Assembly: GCF_035594765.1 (NCBI RefSeq) | Contig: NC_085843.1 | Location: 243,637,971-243,701,970, forward strand | Direction of reading: 5' to 3' | From: Anolis carolinensis | Taxonomy: Eukaryota | DNA: 64,000 bases | Shown: positions 1 to 12,466 of the stretch, in pieces | Numbering within the stretch: position 1 is the first letter of the stretch | Layout: the number at the start of each line of letters is the position of its first letter | Notes under the pieces: generated by a model | The model's database searches: none | Seen by the model: the letters and a program-made list of their open reading frames with translations, nothing else | What the model was told of the DNA's origin: nothing | Program-made: the position numbers and the translations under genes

Positions 1-478
1 GCTCACCTTTTTGGGCTAAATTACATAGCCAAAAGTGAGGCATGCATTAGTTTCGATGGCATGTTACAATCACTTGAGCATAATGTGTCAATTGTAATGA
101 GTGCCTCAATTTTGGAGGTGTGCAGTGGGGGGAAAAGATTTGTTGTCTGTAAGATTGTCTGTAAAGATTTGTAAACCTGCCTAACCATCAGGTTTAGGTT
201 GGCTGAGGGGCATGACATTCTAACTGCCCCCCTCCCTTCAGAGACTTTCAAAATCTTCCCTTTGGTTTTGAAGACCTTATGAAGGAGGCCTTAGTTGGGA
301 AGTTGGGCTTCCCCTTGCCTGTCAGCTGTTCTGAGGTGGGCAGTTGAATGGCTGACAGACAAGGGGAAGTTGCACGTTATATTAGACAACAAATCTTCCC
401 CCCCCCCCCCCCCCCACTGCGCACCTTCAAAATTGAGGCACTCATTACAATCGGCACATTATGCTCAAGTAAATACAG
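1..478. mobile_element. Tc1/mariner-type non-autonomous element, cut by window start
   Basis: Ends ...AGTAAATACAG|TA; shares terminal and subterminal motifs with the element at 30046-30590; internal inverted repeat 72-148 / 384-470. Confidence 0.6.
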
Positions 479-539
479 TATACGGAGAGTCACTAAGGCG
501 TACAGTGTTTTACTGTCTTGTGTTTTTGTTCACTTACAG

Positions 540-756
540 GCATTGTCAAAAGGACGTAGACTGGGATGTTAATCTTGTTCTGGAAGGTCAACGGAGTGGT
601 TTTGGACAGAAAGGTCCTAAAGAATGTGCTTCTGAGGAATTGATTGAGAAATCAGAAGAAGGAGACTACGATAGAGTTTATGAGATTCTTAGGGACAGCC
701 TGGCCCATCCAGACATAGCAGATGTACATGGATATACTGCCCTTGCTGCGGCTGCT
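540..756 (+). CDS. ANKMY1: ANKMY1 internal coding exon (first in window; start of ankyrin region)
   Basis: Pyrimidine tract + CAG acceptor (538-539), GTAAGA donor at 757; encodes HCQKDVDWDVNLVLEGQRSGFGQKGPKE...DIADVHGYTALAAAA; phase 2 in, phase 0 out. Confidence 0.93.
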
Positions 757-1071
757 GTAAGACTCCAAATCTTACAGTGGCTTATGTTGCTTTAAGGCAA
801 AATTGGTTGGATTTAATTTTCTTTTATTCACTGTGAAAACTTTTATCTTTATTTTAATGTAGTCGCTCAAAGAAATTGATGATAAGTTTCCCAGCAGCAC
901 ATTAAGAACTAGTCTCCCACTGAGTACAATGAAATCTTATCTGTAGGCTACATCCATCTTTCAAAGCCAAATCCACACTTTCCTGCTTTTCTCAAATTGT
1001 GGTTTAAAAACAAAGCTAGCATTCAGAAAAAAATACTTTATGTGAAAATAATTTACATATTTTTTGTGCAG

Positions 1072-1236
1072 ATGAATTTCCACAATGACATCATCAACCT
1101 CCTTCTTGATAATGGAGCTGATGTGAATAAATGCAGTGATGAAGGGTTATCAGCATTGTCTATGTGCATTATCCATTATTTCCCAGTTCAGTCATTTAAA
1201 GCCAATATTGCGGAAAGGAGCCCCATTCAGAAAGAG
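1072..1236 (+). CDS. ANKMY1: ANKMY1 coding exon (ankyrin repeat)
   Basis: tttttgtgcag acceptor, GTCAGT donor; [32 protein letters not shown]...; 165 nt, phase 0-0. Confidence 0.95.
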
Positions 1237-1707
1237 GTCAGTCCTTCATAAATCCGTAAGTTTGAAATACAGTTCCATGAAACACCTGATATTAGCTTCA
1301 TTTTAAAGCACTTGCTTTGAAACTGTACAGTTGGATCCAGACTCTCCCTTACATGAATAATGATAATGTTAATGATGATAATAATTTCTTACCCACCTTT
1401 CCACATGGCTCAAGGTGGATCACAACATCATTAAAAACACATCTTTAATATGGGTGCAATATGCTTAATATTCTCACTCCTATGTGGTCCCGTAACGGGT
1501 CTGGTTGCTGTGTTTTGAACTAATTGGAATTTCCAAACTTGTTAAAAAGTCAACCTAGTTTTGCTCTTAGCAGGTGTCTCCACTCGTTGTTATTGTTGTT
1601 GTTGTTAGTCCAGTTGGATACATCCTACTTTATTTACTTGATATAACTTGACCATTTTATTGTCTCAAAATGTATCTTGCTGTAAGGTGGAATACTGGGA
1701 ATGTGTA

Positions 1708-2379
1708 CTTACTTACTTACTTACTTAGGCAATCCCTTGTAGTTGGAGGATGATTGTCTTCCATCTGTGGGGTCTTGGGGTTGTGTCTGTAGGTGGCTGA
1801 AGAGACCTATTCTTGATCTGCATGTTCTACTGCAGTGAAGACATCGCTTTCTAGGTGGAAGGTGGTCCCAGTCAGGGTTGGCTTGATGGGCCTTCTTCTT
1901 GGCACGTTTTCCCCTTAAGCCCTCCATTTGTGCCTCTTCAAACTCCACAGCACTGCTGGTCACAGCTGTCCTCCAATTAGAGTGCTCAAGGGCCAGGGCT
2001 TCCCAGTTGTCAGTGTCTATGCCACAGTTTTTAAGGTTGGCTTTAAGCCCATCTTTAAATCTCTTCTCCTGCCCACCAACATTACGTTTCCCATTCTTGA
2101 GTTGGGAGTAGAGTAACTGCTTTGAGAGATGGTGATCGGGCATTTGGACAACGTGGCCAGTCCAGTGGAGTTGATGGCATAGGAGCATCACTTCAATGCT
2201 GGTGGTCTTTGCTTCCTCAAGCACGCTGACATTTGTCTGCCTGTCTTCCTAAGAGATTTGCAGGATTTTTCTGAGGCCATGCTGATGGAAACGCTCTAGG
2301 AGTTGAGTGTGCTATCTGTAGACAGTCCACGGTTTGCAGGCGTATAACAGGGTTGGGAGGACAATGGCTTTGTAAACAA
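1708..2379 (-). mobile_element. 5'-truncated RTE-clade LINE
   Basis: VYKAIVLPTLLYAC...LHWTGHVVQMPDHHLSKQLLY...CxHC..H with internal stops; (AAGT)n tail; TSD GG[G/A]AATGTGTA at 1697-1707 and 2380-2390. Confidence 0.9.
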
Positions 2380-3943
2380 GGAAATGTGTATGGAGCAATG
2401 TAGAAGCAAGCTTGGACATGTTTGCTCCTGAAGTTTATGATGGAAGCCAACATTTTAAATTATTGTGTTGGACTGTTATTGGCAACTGGCCACAAATACA
2501 AAATTCATATGAAATGGCTCACAAAATGAATTGTGAGTGTAGTTCTCTCTCCTTTTCTGTATATACAGCTGATATATTTCAGGTTTATAGATAATAAAAT
2601 AGGCAAAGCTTGGCTTTTTTTTTACAGTACTCAGGTAAGGTTCTTTTTTCTAGCCTACATAATTCCCTATTCATTTGAAAACAGTTTTCATTCTTCCTAG
2701 TTAGGACATGCAGACACATGTCTTTTTGATGCTTGAAATGTTAGAGAAAATTTATTAGATTTTTATATGCAGGCATATCTCAGTTAACAAATTCTCTGAC
2801 AGAAGCTTCTTTTAACAAAGTCTTTTTTGGTGCTCATCCAGTCTGTGAACCTTCTTTAGCTTATCCTATTGCAGTTATCTTTGTCTGCCTACAACAGAAA
2901 AGGTAAACAGCAGCTGCTTCCAAAATCCCTTACTGAGCATGCCTGCACAGCAGAGGGAGAATGGATAAAGTTGCCTTTTCAGACTACTCCCAGCATGTTA
3001 AAAAAGCACAGATATATGGGTTTTGGAGGCTGGTGAAAAAAGAAAATTATAGTACCTCTCAGTGTATTTTGGAAGAACTGCTTGGCAGTCTCTAGAAGGT
3101 TTAGAATATTTTTGTTTCCTTATGCAAGATATACCTGACCTGTTTCCATTCCTTCCATACTATTTCTACTTCTTGTACCAAATTGTCTGTTAAAGAAGTA
3201 GTTCATTTGCTTTGTTAACTGAGGTTTGGCTGCATTTGGAGCACTGTGTCCTATGCTGTGGACCCAAATATTTGTTCCTTTGCTTGACGTTAAGAGTACA
3301 CAGTTACATTAGATCCAGGGCCATACATGCTCCTCACTGATTTGTGGAGAGATCTATGCCCCACCCTCATCTTTTTAAAATCCAAAATTCATCCTGATGC
3401 CTTGATGGGGGTAGAAAGGGCATTTTTGTCATGTTCCCCATCTGTGCTGTTTTAGATCTAAGACGTGCCTTTTAACAAAAACTGATTAGAAATTGGGTCC
3501 AATTTGAAAGAAGAGTTCTCCTCTGCCTAAAGGAGCCTGGGAGAAGGTAGAAAGATGATAAAATTGCCCTGTCTCCCTCTTTCCCGGAATATGGTTTCCA
3601 TTTTAAGTAAAATGTGTTTAAAATTATTCTTAACACACTGTGTGCTTAAACCTGTGGGACCATAAAACAGGCTTTGGTGTTATTCATTGACTGCATTTTC
3701 TCTTCTCCCACTCTACATGGATAAATTCCTTGAGAATCCCTTCTGTCAGTTTGAGTTTTCATAATATAATACGATCAGTACTTCCACATTCAAGCGGAAT
3801 TTTACGTGTAGTAGAAAAGGTCCACAGTATTGACGTACCTGGCTGCTATCCTAAGTTGTACATGTTCATCTTTTTATAAGGACCGGCCATTTCCACTTTG
3901 GGCAGCTGAATATCTATCATTTACTAGTAGCTGTTCATAATCT

Positions 3944-4156
3944 AGAGCAGCTGCAATCAATCATTGCAATGAATCACTCTGACCAGGAGGTCATGAGTTC
4001 GAGGCCCGGCTTGGAGCCTATGTTTGTTTGTCTTTGTTCTATGTTAAAAGGCATTGAATGTTTGCCTATATGTGTAATGTGATCCGCCCTGAGTCCCCTT
4101 CGGGGTGAGAAGGGCGGAATATAAATGCTGTAAATAAATAAATAAATAAATAAATA
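3944..4156 (+). mobile_element. internally deleted tRNA-derived SINE (Anolis SINE2-type, L2-like tail)
   Basis: B-box GAGTTCGAGGC, tail CCGCCCTGAGTCCCCTTCGGGGTGAGAAGGGCGG + (TAAA)n; matches head and tail of 6278-6738. Confidence 0.85.
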
Positions 4157-4278
4157 TTCAAAACCTTATATTTTTTGCATAGCAACTCAGTAGTATTTCT
4201 ATCAATGCATGTGTACAGGACCCAGATACTGATGTACTAGGACATCAGTTAAACCCTTTTTAATTTTGTTTTACATAG

Positions 4279-4664
4279 TCAGAAGGCACTCCAGAAGAGA
4301 TTTCTTCAAGATCTCCATCCATATCCCAGAAATCGGAGGCATTTCTGCTATCTCCAGATAGTCCTGAAATCAGGTTATCCTCTCCTACTGCCCCTACATC
4401 GCCTGCAGTACCTTCTGAGAAGGCAGAATGTGGCAAGGAAATGGAGGCAAGGTCATCGGAGGAAACAGAGTGTAGTCTTGGTGAAAAGGGTTCTGGGACA
4501 ATCTGTGGCGTTTACAACTATAAGATTAAGTTTTCTGTGGAAATCATGAAGCGTGGTGCAGATGTGCTTAGTCACCATATGCTAAAAGTACCTGACTTCC
4601 GCAACAGTAAGGAGATTATTCAGCATGACGGCATTCTGAGACGATTGGCAGAATCAATAACAGA
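4279..4664 (+). CDS. ANKMY1: ANKMY1 coding exon (Ser/Pro-rich linker)
   Basis: ttttacatag acceptor, open frame SEGTPEEISSRSPS...HDGILRRLAESIT, GA|GTGAGT donor; phase 0 in, phase 2 out matches next exon. Confidence 0.88.
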
Positions 4665-5691
4665 GTGAGTGGCTCTTCAAAACAGGTTGCTTACATTCGC
4701 CATCCACTTATTGGGCAGATTCTCCTTTCACCTCAGTGGTGGAGGCGTACCTTGCCTGATTTGGCCATCTACTTGAGGTTCCTTATTTGGTGTCTCCCCC
4801 TTTCAAGGAAGCATATAGCCATTGTTTATTTTTCTCTGTATAGGAGATATGCTATGATTTCACTATGTCAAGCTGAATTGTGAGGCTGATGGTGCATTTT
4901 CTTATTGGTGGTTGTGTGTTCGCTGGCTTGAAGCTGAGGCACATAACTCAGGTGTATTCTTTTGATATTTCTGTGTCCCTTTCACAGTTGTAGAACTTTT
5001 GCTTTTACATATAGGATGCAAAGTGGCAAAATTGTTACTACTGACAATTCCTGTTACTTCATGCATAACATTTAGTACTGTTGTTATCTTGAAATTGGAT
5101 GGGAAGCTCAGAGCACTCTGAAACAATGGTTGCAGGACAGTCAAGAGGATTATTGAGGATGGATTAAAAAAGCAGCTGTATCAGCCATGTCTTCCAGCCC
5201 CATCCTATGCTGAGTGCCAGAAAAATGCACAGTAGTGCTTGTGGAACCCTCTTCTCTCACTTCTCTGTATCCCTTGCTGAGTTAGAAATGTAGGTACCAT
5301 TTTCTTCTCTCCCTCTGAAAATTAAATATTTACTCAAAGGGAAAAGGAGCATTAGGATTTTATTACAAAGACGTGGAAACCATTGTTACCAGGACTGTCA
5401 CCTTTGTTGATAGCTCCTATCTGGTGATGTTATGCTGTAGCCCTTGCTGGTTTACTACTGCTCCAATATGAAGCCGAATCCAGTTACTGATTGTCCCATG
5501 GTCCTGGGAATTAACGTGTTTTGATGAGGTCCAGGTGTCATGAATACTTTTTAAAACAAAGGTTTGTTTTATTGCAATTTCCAGTGTGAGAGGGTATATC
5601 AGAACTTTTATAGAACTTTTACACAAAGAATGACATTAGACATACAGATTCTACACAACTACATTGGATTCACAAACAGCCTACAGTTACA

Positions 5692-6233
5692 TCTTCTATA
5701 TATATAAAAGAGTGATGGCATCAGGGCAGCGGACAAAACAACAAAACTACAGGCCCCCCAACCTCGAAATTTGACAACACAACCCATCATTCACGGCTCT
5801 AGATTGATACAGCAAAAAGAAAAGAAAAATAAAGTCCTAATTACAAGGAGAGGAATAATAGTTTTTATCCAATTGCTGCCAGTTTGAAGGCTAAGTTCTG
5901 CCCACTTGGTCTCCTAGCAACCTCCTCAGCCCAGGGGACAGACACAGTTAGGCCTCACTTAGGCCTCTTCCACAGATTATCAGATTTTAACTGGATTATA
6001 TGGCAGTGTAGACTCAAGGCCCTTCCACACAGCTATATAACCCATTTAGAATCTTATATTATCTGCTTTGAACTGGATTATCTTGACTCCACACTGCCAT
6101 ATAATCCACTTCAGTGTGCATACTATACATAAAGACAACCATACAACAGACATTAAATACCACCACTACTTCAACAATTTCTCACCAACACCACCAGACA
6201 ATGCCACAGCAATGCGTGGTCGGGCACAGCTAG
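5692..6233 (+). mobile_element. complete non-autonomous Helitron
   Basis: Inserted between A and T, 5' TCTTCTATATATATAAA, 3' GC-rich hairpin (GCCAC..GTGGT) then CTAG; no TSD. Confidence 0.9.
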
Positions 6234-6277
6234 TTGACTACTAAACAGACAAAGAGGAATTACATTTTTACACGGCA

Positions 6278-6738
6278 TTTATTTATTATTTACAGTATTT
6301 ATATTCCGCCCTTCTCACCCCGAAGGGGACTCAGGGCGGATCACATTATACACACATAGGGCAAACATTCAATGGCCATAAACACATCAAACAGAGACCG
6401 AGACAGACAGACGCAGAGGCAATTTAACCTTCTCCTGAGGGGATGTTCGATTCTGGCCACAGGGGGGAGCCGCAGCTTCATCATCCACTCTGACGGCACT
6501 TCCTCATTCCAGGTCGTAAATTAGTTAAACTTGCCTCCCCACTTTTTTATAAGTGGTACCTTATTTCCTACTTGATAGATGCAGCTATCTTTCGGGTTGC
6601 TAGGTCAGCAACGAGCAGGGGCTATTTTTTATTTTTAATTGACGGGTGCTCACCCCGCCACGGGCTGGCCTCGAACTCATGACCTCATGGTCAGAGTGAT
6701 TTATTGCAGCTGCTCAACAGCCTGCGCCACAGCCCGGC
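6278..6738 (-). mobile_element. full-length tRNA-derived SINE (Anolis SINE2-type)
   Basis: 5' GCCGGGCTGTGGCGCAGG A-box, GAGTTCGAGGC B-box, L2-like tail with (TAAA)n. Confidence 0.9.
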
Positions 6739-8763
6739 CATCCTCATGCACACATCACAATTTCTCCATTCTTCCTTTGTGAAGAACACCTGTTAGGCTA
6801 GACTTCTTCCTTGCAAATCTGCCAATGTACCAATATTTCCAGAACTCCAAAATACCAAAATGCACCTTTTCCCTAAGAACAATGCCAAGGATCAGAATCC
6901 CTGTTTCCTCTACACCAGAAATTGACTCCCTGCAACGTAAAATGACTACAAAACCGCACTCCTTCCTCTTCCCTTGAGAAAAGGAGGCAAAGTGACCAGA
7001 CTGCATTCCATTACAGATCTTCCACTCTCTCAAATATAACATCTCTTTCAATAGAGCATGGTGGATGGACCAGACTCCTCCGGTCTGCCACACTTTTTGG
7101 AATGTTAGAAGGTCTCTTATATAGCAATATTTCTTCTGATGTTGTCCCAAAGTTGTAAATTACTGACAGATGTTTTCCATCCTGAAACTTGTTGATTCCA
7201 TCTCAGTTTCCTGGCAGATTTTGACTCTTCTTGATTGGTGTTAGCAAATGCAAGCAACCTTGTGCTGACTTCCTTCTTAACGTAAAGAAACTTTGTAAAT
7301 ATTTCTTTAACTTAAAAGAGCCATTGTCTCTGATTTATGTAAACATGTTGCTTTTCCCCAAAAGTTATCAAGTCAGCAAATGTTGACAGATGTAAACAGA
7401 TGTAAACATTTCTCTTATCACTGTCACAGTTCTTATCATAGTTCAGCAACAAAATTACAGTTAATGATTTTGTCATTGCAAGCCTTAATCTTTTAGAATG
7501 GTGTCTCCAAAATATTAGGTTTTATTCATTCATTCCTTTCATTCAGTTCATTCATACCCGTGCATATCAAATCCACATTTATCAAATCTGGCTATCATAT
7601 TTTTGTGACACAGGTACCTCTATAGCAGCATTCTGTCCTTTTCCCTTGCTGGATAAAATAGGATTTAATTTTTAAAATATTTATAATACTTCGGTTTGAG
7701 TAATTGCAAAGTATCTTTAAAAAGGGAGGGAATTGGCTGACCGGGTGGGCAGAGCTACAATACCCACCCAGAAGTGCAGCCTTGTACGGTCAAGGCTTCA
7801 CAGTCGTGCAATGCCAGCAGCAATGCAAAGAAGAGGAAGGCAATGTTAGTAAGTAATTGCTATGGCAGGTGAAGGAAATGCCATGGGATAGTAGCAGCTT
7901 CATGTGGAAATAACTTTCATTTCATTCCCATTCACTAGGGCCTGAGACTGATGAATAATGATAGTATGTAGACAAGGCTGCAAAATTGTATTAGTTCCAT
8001 TACTGATCTGCATCATTAAAAATAATTTAAAAACACTTTGGGCACATAGTGTTTAAAGCAAATCTCAAAGTAAAAACACATGTATGCAGATTGAAGATGG
8101 GAGTGTCTGACTATATATCGAACACTATTCTGCTGTGCTTGTTTCTGAATCTATTAGCTTTTAAAATACCTTAGTCAAAGTCAAATAAGACCTTTCAATG
8201 TGGTCAATGAACATTGAACTGATGGGAGTTAGAGTGGGGAACAGATTACAGTTATACAGCCTTGATACTTCCTAGCTGTTTTTATGATTTGTGGAACAGT
8301 ATTCTAAGTTCTGGGTGAAGTTTTCAAAGACATCACCAAGAATTTCAGGTCTTTGCTGCTATCCAGAAAATTGTCTCATAGTTCTCACTGGTAGAACCAT
8401 TTGTCTGTGTGACGTCTCCAGTTTTTACACAGAGGGGAGTTGAAGCCTAAATCTAGCTTTTTGTCACAACATAAGCCTTGATTTCTTACTTCCATAGATT
8501 TAATGGGTCTACTGTAGTTGGGACTAACTGAATTTAATCCCAGATGTGTTGTGGAAGTATTTTATTAGTGTCCAACTACACTTTTGTCACATATGGTATA
8601 AAGGTTTGTTAGATTCCGTACCATCCTGAAAAGCTGAAAATAATCCCAACTCCCAGGTTTAGAAGTTGAATGGTGTATCCCCACCTCCAGAACTAGAACC
8701 CATGACACTGATCCCCTTAAAGCATACAACAATTGACAAGCTCTGTTTTCTTGTGGTTTTTAG

Positions 8764-8935
8764 ACAGAAAAAGAGAATGGCTACAATCAAATTGCTCCTG
8801 AAAAGAGGTGCAGATCCCAATATGTGCATCATCCCTATGTATGTCCTTTTCTTTGCTGTTAAAGCTGCAGATGCAAAAATAGTGAAATTACTTCTAGAAG
8901 CTGGAGCAAGAACTGATATACGGCTGCCAACTAAG
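8764..8935 (+). CDS. ANKMY1: ANKMY1 coding exon (ankyrin repeats)
   Basis: tttttag acceptor, AAG|GTAAGA donor; [21 protein letters not shown]...[16 protein letters not shown]. Confidence 0.95.
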
Positions 8936-9995
8936 GTAAGAATATCTTGTTAATATGTGATCATTCTTTTTTTAAAAAGCAGATGATGTGAGTAGTCTGC
9001 CATGAATAGTTGTGTACGTCTTGTAGCTCAAACATAACCTATCAGCTGTGGATGAGAACCTGCCAACTGCCTGCCTCCTTTCCTTTTTTTTAAAACAATA
9101 TAAGGCATGCAAAGAAATCAGGAATCCCCATATGACTTGGTGAGTCTCAAATTAGACAGTCGTAGTGAGAAATTTTCTGCGTTTTGGGGTTCTTAAAACC
9201 ACTCTTCCTAGTAATAACTGAACTGATCCATAAAATATATTTCCTTAAAAAGAAATTTTAGAAACAGCACCAACAACCACATTTGTTATGTGAATGTATA
9301 ACAGAAACATTTCTTTAAGAATAAACAGAAGTTTTTAGGAAGTCTGCTTAGTTTCCTTAGATTTATGCATTGGACCTAAAGCAGATTTTATTACTTGCAA
9401 ACCAAGTGGCTATATTAATAAGCAATTGAAGCCTACTCACTCCTTGGTTTCGTCAGTTTTGTTCCCATTGCAGCCACTGAATTGTTTTAGTAGCACCTCT
9501 TTTATTTCATAAATGTACTACAGAAGCCCATCTGATAAATTCAGACGATATATTTTGTGAATATATTGTGAATAATTTCTGCATTAATGTGTAGGATTGT
9601 ACTGTTGAACTGTTTTCCTTTGTATTTTATTTTATCAATTGAGAATAAAAACAGGGTCTAATTAGCTCCATAGTAGCTGTTAGTTGTAACGAGTTACAGA
9701 CATTTTCACTTTTTTTCCACATGTGAAGACTTGGAAAGATAGATCCAAGAAGAATTTAATATCAGTAGAGAAAATAAATATTACAAAATATTATGTCTTT
9801 ATTAATTTACTATATTTATATTAAAGTTCTCTTTATCCCTTGTTCTGGAGCTATGGGTGCTATGATAATGTGGTCATGTAAATCTCTTTCATAAATATGG
9901 TAGAGGATATTTCTGTGTAGTATTTTTCAATCACATTTTTGGGGTAAACCATCCCAAGGCAATAAAGAACAACATCTTAATACTGGAATATATGA

Positions 9996-10755
9996 TTTAT
10001 TTTTATTTATTTCGTGTCAAAAGCATTGGTACAGCAAATACATTTCAAATAATGGAAATAAAATAAAAAAGAAAAGAAATCACAAGCAACTAAATAGTTT
10101 TGGACCAAAAGCGGGCAACAGCAACCGCATTGTCTGTAGCTTTAAACAACTCCTCCGTACATGAGGCAGGGCATTGTGGGCAAGCATACATATGCTGAGT
10201 TGTTTGTTCAGCTCCACAGTCACACAAGGTGGAGGATTCCTCCAGGTAGTGCCACTTTGCCAAGTTGTCTTTTGATCTGCCCACTCCACTTCTGAGTCTG
10301 TTCAGGGACTTCCAAGTTGCCCATTCCTGGTTTGCCCCTGGAGGAAGACCCTCTTGGGGGGCCATCCAGTTAGAATTGCCAGGTTTAGCTGCCCAGAGGG
10401 ACACCCTTGCTGTTGCTGGAGGAACATCAAGAGGAGTGGTGGTTCTCATGAAGCCCTTCCTTGATTTGAGTCTGGTGGGAGGAGGGTGATAGCCATGCAG
10501 TGGGTGGCTTTCACAATGTTCAACCTTTTTTCTCTCACCGTTAGCAGCAACTTCCCGTCGCACGTCAGGAGGGGCAATGCCAGCTAACTTGTAGAGTTTA
10601 TCAACAGGTGTAGGTTTAAGGCATCCCGTGATGATTCTGCATGTTTCATTCAGTGCTATGTCCACCTGCTTGAAACATGCAGAATCACCACGGGATGCCT
10701 TAAACCTACACCTGTTGATAAACTCTACAAGTTAGCTGGCATTGTCCCTCCTAAC
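9996..10755 (-). mobile_element. 5'-truncated Vingi LINE with inverted 5' duplication
   Basis: ORF ...NETCRIITGCLKPTP...LNRLRSGVGRSK...CDCG...H...C; GACACGAAA(TAAA)n tail; nearly identical to 54195-55187. Confidence 0.9.
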
Positions 10756-11293
10756 ACAATCCAGATTAAAATAAGGCATTTTTTTTATATATCATGACTT
10801 TATAGAGTCTTAATTTAGTTTTAGAGCAAGATAAATAGGTCAGTCTTTAGGGCCCACTCAAAGGGCTGTTTTGATGAATCCTGGAACATCAGTTGGAACA
10901 GAGTTTCATGAATTGCCCCAGAAGAAAGGTCAGATTAAAGGTAGAAATATAGTGCTTTGACATAGATTATAATGGACAGAAATCCAGAGGTCTGTGGTTA
11001 GGAATCTATTTTGTCTGGATTGGATTTTGCCCACAGTCCAATCAGTTCATACAGTGTAGTTTCACTCTAACCTCTCTGAATATATGCCTCAGATAACTAA
11101 GCTATTTCAAACGGAATTATATTGAATTTTTGTCATTTATCTTAACTGTAATGCTAAGTAAATACTTTATTAAAAGCTGTACTGCACCATTGCTGTGATA
11201 TACAATAATATGCAAGGAGCTCCAAAATAGGAAAATGTTTATGTGACTTGTGAACTTGACATTGAGCGGGTTAATGCAACTTTTATTTTTCAG

Positions 11294-11443
11294 CTTGGAG
11301 GTGTAACTCCTCTTCATATCGCTGTTGCCCTTCCTATTGATGAAGGGGTTGAAATAACAGAACTACTGCTTCATTCGGCTACAGACCCAGACGTAAAGGC
11401 AGAAGATGAAAATGATGTGTTCAAGCTAGACATACCTCCTGAG
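11294..11443 (+). CDS. ANKMY1: ANKMY1 coding exon (ankyrin repeat)
   Basis: tttttcag acceptor, GAG|GTATGT donor; [14 protein letters not shown]...[15 protein letters not shown]; 150 nt. Confidence 0.95.
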
Positions 11444-12027
11444 GTATGTCTAATTCTATCAGTATCACCTCTAGAGGAGAGGAGCTGAAGAAAGAATTTA
11501 TCTATTCTGGCCAATGCATTGTTAAAAATGATTTCCCTATAACACAGTCATTATATAGCTTATCTAGATGTAGTGCTTCTAGAAATGAACATTGTATAAA
11601 GTGGAGTGGACACATATTTTGTGTTCTGTTACTCTGACTGACTGTAGTTTCTCTTTGCGAACCGCTCTGCTCTCTTAGGCAGGCAGGTCTTGACCATCAA
11701 CATGAAAGGATCCTGTGGAGCAGAGCAGGGAAAACCCTCAGCTTGAGACCTTGGAAGATCATTGCTAAGTGGAGTAGACAGGAAGACTGAGTTGGATGAA
11801 TAGCATGACTCACATTGTTATGGAGTCTTGAAAGTCACAATGTTTTTAGACTAGTTAACAATGCATATTTCTTTTCTTTTCTTTTCTTTTTTTTGAAAGC
11901 CATGGAATTCTTACAGTAAGATATACACAGAATTAGAAATAACTTTTGGAAAGTAATTCTCCATCATTAGAAAGACGGACTCTACGTTTCTCCTATAGCT
12001 GATTGCCTTTCCCTTTCTTACATGTAG

Positions 12028-12174
12028 AATGAGGTTGCAGAAGCACCATCTATGATCAAAATGTTCAATGAAACTGGCCCACCTAAAATGTATTACAGAG
12101 AATGCACCATTAAACCTGAGGAAGGTGGGAGAACTCCTCTTCATATTGCTTGTGAAAGGACAGATAATTTTAGG
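12028..12174 (+). CDS. ANKMY1: ANKMY1 coding exon
   Basis: Pyrimidine tract + TAG acceptor, AGG|GTGAGT donor; [49 protein letters not shown]; 147 nt, not in ORF track. Confidence 0.93.
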
Positions 12175-12466
12175 GTGAGTGGTAGCTTTCAGAATGTTTC
12201 CTTTTTACAAGCTGAACTCCTTTAAAATGTAACTTTAGACATCTCTATCTCTTTGAGTTATAATTTACCTTGCAAAGAAATTATATTTTAGATGTGTGAA
12301 TCATGCTTCAAACTGCTTCCACCTTACTAACAGAAGTTCTGATATAGAAAGCTGAGGTTTAATAGGCTGAGAAATTTAAACCAATGACACCATGTAACAA
12401 AATTTGAAAAATGTTTTGTTTCTGGCTTGAAAGTATTCTTTCCTGTTTAATTTGAAAGTAATTGTT

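Larger units (their letters stand above)
5536..7610 (-). mobile_element. solo LTR (about 1.07 kb after removing two nested insertions)
   Basis: TGTCA...TGACA termini, 4-bp TSD CAGG (5532-5535, 7611-7614); on - strand CCAAT (7234-7238), TATATAA (7117-7123), AATAAA (5568-5573) in the expected order. Confidence 0.75.
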
